NCBI GenBank assembly: GCA_965153285.1
Contig: OZ229119.1
Length of the DNA: 64,000 bases
From: Podarcis tiliguerta
Lineage: Eukaryota
Reading direction: 5' to 3' (one strand)
Part shown: positions 56,001 to 64,000 of the stretch, piece after piece
Position numbering within the stretch: position 1 is the stretch's first letter
Layout of the letters: each line of letters begins with the position of its first letter
Made by a program: the position numbers and the translations under genes
The notes under the pieces: generated by a model
Database searches by the model: none
What the model was told of the DNA's origin: nothing
What the model saw: the letters and a program-made list of their open reading frames with translations, nothing else

Positions 56001-57414
56001 AACGTCGTTTTTTCAACGTCTTTTTTTCTGATGAGCCTCTATAAGCTTCCCAAAGGAAAGGCGGGGGAGATCATCATACATGGACTATTATTGTTCACTT
56101 TGTTGCTCTCATTTTGCTGGCATTTTCTTCACAGTCTTAATCTGGCGACCAGTCTGGGAGATCTGCATCGGCAAAGCCCTGCATGCCTGGTGGACAGTTC
56201 TTCCCTTAATTCAGCCTAGGCGGTATCAACACCCATGACTGTTAAAAGTAGTATTGTGCTTTAAATGCCTGGTGCAGATGTGGTGTAAACTGGTAGTTTT
56301 CTTATCGACAGTTTTATGTTGCTACTGATTAATTTTGAAATAGTTGTACATTTCCTTGTCGGAAAGGTTCTCCCAAGCCCTTGGTTATTTTGTCTGCCCC
56401 TTTCCCAGTTCTACATTGTTCTTTTTGAGATGGGGCAATCAATTTTATACCATGCATTAGCTGCAGCATTGGCATATATAGAAGGTCATTAAGGTATTTC
56501 AGTTTCATGTTTTAATTTCCTGGTGATCACCATCATGGAATTTACAGTTTGTTTTTCTAAGAGTGTGCAGAAGCGATTAAAACATAACAAACCTCTTCCT
56601 CCCACCCTATCCTGACCCATTTCACCTTTGGATAAACATGCACAGGATCGGGCTGCACATTGATATGCAAAGCACTCCAGTACTGGACACGTTTTCTTGG
56701 AAATAAAGTTGCCAAATTGTGTAGAGAATACACCTGTGCAATGTAATGATACTTTTAGGCTGATTAGAATTTGCACATTTTTACTCGGAAGGAAGTGTAT
56801 ATAATGTAGCCTCAGAATGCTAAAATACACATTTTTTTATATTTGAAAAAATTATAATCAAAGGTAATACAATTTTATGTGTCTCTTCACAGTTTGAATG
56901 AAAAAGTAACACTAGCAAGAAAACTAATGTGTGTGACAGAACAAGAAACAAAATTCTGGTAGCTTCATAAAATCCTGATACTTTGCTATCCCTCCGTGCA
57001 GTGGAGAACAATGCAGTTAATAGTTGTGATTTTCAGGCTTGAAATTTCTTCTGGGAATACCTAACTACAGCTAGAATTCCAAATTGCTGCCTCTGAGTTG
57101 GCAGCTGTAATTACTACAAATTAAGGAAGACAAATTAGAATAATTTTCCCCATGGGACCCTTTCTTACTAAGCTATATTTGGTGGAGGGGAGTGGGGCAG
57201 AAGTGTTATATTTATAAAGTAACCCTTTTGGTATCCACATGAGGAACCCTAAAATAGCACTCTAGGTTAAACCAGCTCAAGCCAATAATTGGAAAAGTTA
57301 ATTTAAGTGTGATCATGCTTTGGGAACAAAATAGCAAGCAAGTTTGTGGGGAAATGTGTGTTTAATATAAATGTGTTGTCTCCACTTTATTTTTTAGGAT
57401 TTAGTAATTTCAAG

Positions 57415-60400
57415 ATGCAATTTGTAACTATTAAATCATTTGTGAGCCCTTTAAAGGGATTCTTGATATTTCCATCAGCAACCCAAGAAAAAAAAAGAGA
57501 CGCCGTCACTTGCACATTAGATGACAAACCACGATGTATCCTTTGTTCCTATAGTTAACAATGTATGTGTAAATAAATACATAGCTTGTATCATATATAT
57601 CTGTTTTACTTTTGCTTTAAAGTGTTTGGGTAATACTTATTTGGTACTTGAACCTCATTTTTTTGAGGTTTGGAGAAATCTTGAGTCATCATTGGGGTTG
57701 CCATATTTCAAAAAGTAAAATTCCTGACACCCACAAAGTTGTGGAACTGTTTTGGAGAACAAACCTACATTGTGGAGCTTTTTTGGGGAAACCTAAACCA
57801 AAAACAGTTATTTTAAGCTTTTTGAGCTGTTTCCATTGCTTTTTCCATCATGTTGGCATACATCTGGGTTTTCCCTGACATTCAACAAAATTCACCCCCG
57901 ACGCCATTTTTACACCCTAAAAACCAGGACATGTCAGGAATTTTCCTGATGTATGACAAACTTGGTCATCATCCCCAAACCTAGATACTTTGTCATGAAA
58001 AAAAGAAATATAATTGCAATCAGTCTTACATGATAGTTGTGTGAGTTGAAATAAGGAAATACTATTATTTGCCTTGCATCTAGTGGGGCAGCAAGCAGCA
58101 TGTGGTCAAAATCAGGCAGTCAGTTGAACACTTGTTGACTCAACATACACATAAAAAGGTAAAGGTAAAGGTACCCCTGCCCGTACGGGCCAGTCTTGAC
58201 AGACTCTAGGGTTGTGCGCTCATCTCACTTTAAAGGCCAGGAGCCAGCGCTGTCCGAAGACACTTCCGGGTCACGTGGCCAGCGTGACAAGCTGCATCTG
58301 GCGAGCCAGCGTAGCACACAGAACGCCGTTTACCTTCCCGCTGGTAAGCGGTCCCTATTTATCTACTTGCACCCGGGGGTGCTTTCGAACTGCTAGGTTG
58401 GCAGGCGCTGGGACCGAACGACGGGAGCGCACCCAGCCGCAGGGATTCGAACCACCAACCATGCGATCGGCAGGTCCTAGGCGCTGAGGTTTTACCCACA
58501 GCGCCACCTGCGTCCCGCCAACATACACATAACACATTGCTAAAAAAATTGGGCTCCTCCTTCACACTCTGCCGAGCAGTAGCAACATTCCTTTAGAAGA
58601 CATCTGAAGGTAGCCCTGTATAGGGAAGTTTATTAATGTTTCATGTTTTGTTATGTTTTTATATATGCTGGAAGCCCCAAGAGTGGCTGGTTTGTGGGGG
58701 GGCTAGATTCCCCTAAATTCCGGTGTGCCAGTTCTTCCCAATAATTCCTGGATGTAGTAAAAGTCAGAATTAATCAAGATTTGATTAAATTTTGCCAAAC
58801 ATAGAAATCTCCTGGATTTAGCTATGCTAAGGAGCCAAGCCAGCTTTGCAGAGCTAGCTAGATGGGCCATTAGCAGAGGACACAGACCAGTCATGGACCA
58901 TCAAGGAAACCATCAGAGGTCAAGACTGCCAGGCAAGGAGGAGTGGGTATTCTTTGTTGAGTGCTAGTGGGCTAGAATTAGGGTTTCAACTTTGAATAAT
59001 TTAGACTGTGGGGAGGTCCTTTGAGTCAATTAGCAGCAAGAAGGAGAAGGAGGGGCAGAACTCCATGTGAGTTGGGGATAACAAGCTGGAACTAAGAATC
59101 ACAGAAGGTGGCTGTCCTTTGAAAACAATGCTGCACTTAAGGGGGAAGTCAGACCCTCATAGGATGTGAATGCCTTGCAATCGCTCCATCTAGGTCCAGG
59201 TTGTATATGTGTAATAAAACCATATATCATAAAGACACCACAGTCTCTCTTGTGCCTCAAAAGGTAATACAGACCCTAGTAAGCATGTCTGCAACCCCTG
59301 GAATTTCATACCATTCAGGGAGATCGGGGTGGTGTGTAGCAGTTTATAAAATAAATATAGCATTTAAGTGATGGCAATAGGAGGTTTAACAAAAAGGAGG
59401 AGGAAGAATTTTGCATATGCTTTGAAGGTTTTCAAAATATTCCTTAACAAATATCTGGTAGTGTACGTCATTGGCAGCATAGGACAAGTGAACCAGAAAA
59501 TTTCTCACTTAGAACTGGGTCTGAAAAGATATGACAGTAGTGAAGGAGTGAGTAAAGAAATCTTATCAGCACTTTATACAAGGAATCGCACTGTGTTTTT
59601 CTGATGCTACTTCTAAATAATAGATGCTTGGTCAAAGTATATTTCTTAGCCTTTTTGATGACAAACTGAAAATCAGTTGCTGCTGCTGTTGTTTTTTTAA
59701 GCGGAGGTGAAGTCCTAGATCAGCACTAATATAACTGTGTTGAACCAGAGAATAGGAGACATCAGGTACAATGATGCTATCGCACCAGCTAGGTCTAAAT
59801 GTTGCAAGTTTTTGAATCCCCATATTTTTCATGCACATATATTCATTGACAAGATCTTCTAGTTGTCAAATATTTTATTTTACTCACATTTCTAATCCTA
59901 ATTTCAAATACATTTCTTAGGTTCCTGAAGAATGTTCAGGTTTTAACTGAAACTCAGTGTTAAAAGAATTACAAGATAGTGAGGGAATTAATAATGCCTC
60001 TCTTACTGAATACAAAGAAGGTAAATTCCAGGACCTTGTAGGAAGTTAGTGCCTAACCACCCTTTTCCATTATTTTTCTCATTGAAGGTGATTGGGGAAA
60101 TGGGGCTCAAGAGACGCAAGACATCCAGAAAAGTATCGAGATCAGTTAGGGCAAAAGGTATGCATTAATACTACCAAATCTGAAATGGAGGCTCTAACCC
60201 CTTAAAAATGATGTTATTGTTAGAACATATTTATTCAAGTAAATTTGTATTTTGTCCTGTAGTTCAGACATGCCAAACCATGATTTGTGCTAACTGCGGT
60301 TAGAACTCTTGGCAATAAATCACCGTCCGCCAAGTTGTTGCGTGGATAAATAGGGACCTCCCATAATCTCTGCCCTAAGGAAGGATTAGAGAGGGAGATA

Positions 60401-62290
60401 AATATTACCATTTTGTCTTACTCTTTCTCCAAGGCACTGAGGTTGGAATACATGGCTATTCGGCTCTCTTTTTGTGTCCCAAAATACTGAACAACTTGGG
60501 AGTGTGAGAAGAATCTGGTTACAGAGGAAAAAATTATCAGTGAATTTGTAAAGGGTTTTCCCCCCTGATGTCCAGGGACAGACATGGATAAGATTTAGTA
60601 ATAACAAAAACAGGTCATGAGATGTCATGAGTCGCAACAATTAGGTTTCCCAGTGCAGAGTTGCAGTAGAATCAGTTGAGCATTTTAGCTAGTCAAAGCA
60701 CATTTAAGAAAGTAACTGTGTTCCTGGCATGGACTGAGCTTAGATATATTGGAAAATACAAAAGAAGGTGCTGAATTTAATTAGGGAAGAGGATGCTTAC
60801 TGGAGGGAAGCTATTACTTGCAGAGGATAATTTATGGTCAAATCAGGGCTTTGAACTAGGCACTGGGGATTTCATTAAGCAAATACAAGCATAATACTGG
60901 TCACTGCAGGGAAATTCCCCTTTATGGTAGGCCACTTGGAGAACTTCGGTGGGAAGCTTTGGGAACCCCCCTCAATAAATGATAATTAATTCAATTTGAG
61001 TTTGCTCTGATTACTTATGTTAGTGTTATGCTCTTTGCTCAGAGCAAAACCCTAGCGAATATACTTAGTCTCAAGGCCTGTTTAGAGTTCCAGTTTAACC
61101 AAGCATTGGTTCAGCATGCTGCCCACTATACCACTCTGGCTCCTGGTCATCTGTATGGGCTCACTTCATTCGGGGGTGGCCACAGTACCCAGACAAACCA
61201 CTGACAAATAACAAACCTCCCTTTGCTTGGAATCCATTTGCTACCTACTATAGTACCATTGGCCGGCTCCCTCGACTAATAAAGCGGGATGAGTGCCACA
61301 ACCCCAGAGTCGGTCACAACTGGACCTAATGGTCAGGGGTCCCTTTACCTTTTATAGTACCATTAAAAACTGGCACAGGCATGTGGTGGAGTGCAGTGGA
61401 AAGGGGAAAATATGCTACTTCATTTTTCTGGTGGAGCAAAACTATTTGCAAACCACAGCCCCAAATCCAGTGCTCTTATTTAACCAATTCATGCAAAAAG
61501 GTTGTCCATTTCGTCCTAAAATGCTCTTCAGATGCTAAGGGTGGCCATTTTTTTTCCTTATGCTGTAGAGAGAGACCAGAAGGTGACACAGAAGTTTGGG
61601 AAGCATGCTACAGAGAAAATAGCTCAGAAAAAGGTATGGTGGCATGTGAGGGATCAGGAGTCATTGATTCCTGTGCATATTAGAAAGATGCAGAATCCTA
61701 GATGCTCAGGAAGTATGAGATGAATTGTGACACAAGTGCCTAGGAAGGTCTCATGATGAATCAGATAGTTGGTCTTTTTAATCCATTATACACTCCTATA
61801 ATAATGGTTTCATTTATATAACACTAGTCGTTAGTATTTGTACAGTACAGTGCTTTTGAATGTTCAAAGGTTTTTTTCCACATCCTTTTACTCGCCACAG
61901 TCCTGAAAACAAGCTAAGATATTATTAGTACCTAATTCTAGAGGGGGAGCTAAGGCTGAATCTGGCACTAGATTTGTTAATAGTTAACCATTGCTGTATA
62001 TGAAGGTGATTTTTGTCAGGACTCTGGTGAGTCCCAGAAACAGTGGAATGTCAACAGACTGTCCTTAGAGTGCTCACTGGGTTGAATTGTGGGCTGAGTG
62101 TCTTCTTGATTTCTCATGTATTAATTGTTTTTTTAACCCCTAGATGGTAACAGAAAAGGATAAACTTGTGGAATTATATCAATACCCAGGATACTGTAAG
62201 GAGAAACCTACACCATTGCCAAATGGAGTAGAGCTGAGTGAAATTTTGGAGAAGGTGATTCGTGCCCAGGGTAAAACACCAGTTGGTAAG
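57415..62290 (+). CDS. FAM227A: Protein FAM227A, 5' coding exons (gene continues beyond the window)
   Basis: In-phase exons 57415(ATG; exon from 57398)-57535, 59462-59547, 60088-60157, 61569-61633 and 62144-62290. The peptides KPRLYVIGSIGQVNQKISHLEL and KLVELYQYPGYCKEKPTPLPNGVELSEILEKVIRAQ resemble FAM227A as recalled; head-to-head with CBY1. The start codon and the two middle exons are less certain. Confidence 0.82.
58155..58518 (-). mobile_element. Full-length Sauria SINE
   Basis: 5' GGGACGCAGGTGGCGCTGTGGGTAAAACC, B-box GGTTCGAATCC, (ACCTTT)n tail; perfect 14-bp TSD CAACATACACATAA (58141-58154, 58519-58532). Confidence 0.92.
58693..59341 (+). mobile_element. Possible solo LTR
   Basis: TG...CA bounded ~650-bp segment with AATAAA near the 3' end, interrupting an L2-like tail; the TSD is not clean. 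Confidence 0.4.
61261..61352 (+). mobile_element. 5'-truncated Sauria SINE
   Basis: 3' part ...ccccagagtcggtcacaactggacctaatggtcaggggtccctttaccttt with 12-bp TSD TATAGTACCATT (61249-61260, 61353-61364). Confidence 0.85.
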
Positions 62291-62949
62291 GTACGCGGCA
62301 TATCTCAAACATTCAGAAGTTGATAGCAGGCTGGATGAGGGAGGTAGTAGGGGTGAATTGATAATGTAGGGCCATACATGCTTTTTTGATGTGTATTTAC
62401 GCAAGATAGTATAGCTGGAGCAATGTCAGCACCAGGCACCTTCAGGCAGTTGCTAGGGCCACAGCATCCTGGCAGGGGTCACATCTGATGACTTCCCTCG
62501 CCCTCCCCTTTGTTGGTTTTCCTGGTCTATCACTCTGAACAGCCCCAGGTGGCTCAACCTAGTATCACCCTTGCGGCATTGTGGGCAGTTAAAACTGTGG
62601 TTAGACCCAGTTGCTTATGACCGCTTGGAATGCTGTGACTGTGGCTTGGTAAGTTAGGGCCACTAACAGAGGACAGAGCTCACTAAAGGACACTTTAACC
62701 AGGGCTCCCTTAAACCTGGAGTTGACCCAAGTGTATAATCTGGTACAGGAGTAATGATCTTGCTATAATAGCCATGGTTAATTGGCCTGAGAATGAGCAT
62801 TGTTCCTGCCTTCTTCCTTCCATTCTTCATTCTCTCTCAAGGCAGAGTTGAAACATCCAGTGTTTCTTATACCTCATTTCCCCATTATATCTCAACTGGA
62901 AAACTCTGGTTAATCTTGGACAACAAACCAGGATGTGAAACGTCTAGAC

Positions 62950-63155
62950 CAGAGCTTTCCAAACTGTGAGTCGCAACACATTTGTGTGTCGAGTGCAGTG
63001 TGTTGGTGTGTCACGCGAACACTTCCTGCGCCCCTCCCAGGGCTGGAGAGGGGTTAGTTTAACCTCTGGTTTGCTAGTAAAACTGAATTACTGTGTCATG
63101 AAATGATGCATGTCCCAAAAGTGTGTCACCAACATGAAAAGTTTGGAAAGCTCTG
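62950..63155. mobile_element. 206-bp hAT-Charlie-type MITE
   Basis: 16-bp TIR CAGAGCTTTCCAAACT / AGTTTGGAAAGCTCTG; 8-bp TSD GTCTAGAC/TTCTAGAC matching the NTCTAGAN target preference. Confidence 0.85.
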
Positions 63156-63399
63156 TTCTAGACCATCAGGAGCACTGCTAGGCCTTTGAAAGACTTGGGG
63201 CACAGCCAATCACACATATTTGCATAAAATTTGCATGTACTGATACTCATTATGGATTCGTATTAGAGCTGACCTTCAGCAGGAAAGCCACCCTGTAAGC
63301 AAAGTAACAATTTAAAAAAAGGGGGGGGGGGAGAGAAGATACAGGAGAGCCAGAATCCAGTACAAAAAATCAAAGGTTCAGGCTCCTTAGACCATGCTC

Positions 63400-64000
63400 C
63401 TTAGACCATGAAGAGTCTTTTGGTACCTTAAAGCTTAACAGATTTATTATAGCATAAGCTTTCATGGACTGGAATTCAGTTCATCAGATGCATGAAATTT
63501 AATCCTAAATTGGCAGGCATACATACACACCATGTGGGTTTTCCAGACAGGAGTTAAATAATGTAAATGTGTCATTGAGATGTTGCAAACAGATTGTTGG
63601 CAACAGCTTTTTTTAAAAAAAAAACTTACTGGATTTTCTATAGAAAGCGTAAATTTGGATTAAATTGGGAACAGGGGTAGACCTGCCTTTTGATGACTAT
63701 GAATTATGTGGGCATTACAAAAAAAAGCTTGCAAGGATGAGGAGCACTCATCCCATAATAAACACTAGTTTGGATGTACCAATAGTATGGAGCCAGGACT
63801 GAAGAGGAGTGAGGTCAAAGGAAATGAAAATGGAAAAGTAAGCAACAGTAATAATTACACAAAAGCAAAAGAGTTACAATTAACAAGGCCATGGTGATAC
63901 ATTTATTGTTCAGCTAATTAATATATGCAGTATGATCAAAATCCATAATCTTGATTTAAGACCATTATATTCCTGTTTAATTTCTTTAAAGACCCGCTGG
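63400..64000. mobile_element. Possible Penelope-like element remnants
   Basis: The motif gcataagctttc(a/c)tgg...ttcatcagatgc recurs in degenerate form at ~19820, ~33020 and ~46880. Family assignment is from recall only. Confidence 0.35.

Larger units (their letters stand above)
57536..59461 (+). other. U12-type (minor spliceosome) GT-AG intron in FAM227A
   Basis: 5' site |GTATCCTTT at 57536; branch site TTCCTTAAC 59440-59448, 13 nt before the end of the AG at 59461; no pyrimidine tract; splicing keeps the reading frame. Confidence 0.85.

Noticed and set aside
62842-62910. Possible next FAM227A exon (AELKHPVFLIPHFP...)
   Set aside because: Acceptor-like tract present, but no good donor and no resemblance to the expected following FAM227 W-rich segment; the true exon probably lies beyond the window.

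Overview
Vertebrate genomic DNA, almost certainly a squamate reptile (lizard): it carries Sauria SINEs, a BovB/RTE LINE fragment, CR1/L2 remnants and many small DNA transposons. The window holds a compact intron-containing gene cluster in the order I recall for human 22q13.1: 3' end of SUN2 (+), complete GTPBP1 (-, 12 coding exons, 669 aa), complete JOSD1 (+, 202 aa), complete TOMM22 (-, 138 aa), complete CBY1 (-, 126 aa) and the 5' part of FAM227A (+). Exons were traced by hand to GT-AG boundaries with consistent phases. Almost all ORFs in the supplied track are exon read-throughs or noise. I found no clearly new biological system. The best leads are a U12-type (minor spliceosome) intron in FAM227A, a frame-preserving 42-nt candidate cassette exon and a possible alternative last exon in GTPBP1 intron 11, a chain of stop-start overlapping uORFs in the JOSD1 leader, a Tc2-like transposon carrying cargo and a double-hairpin minisatellite, and an in-frame CBY1-TOMM22 read-through possibility. 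Human comparisons are from memory, not from a database search.
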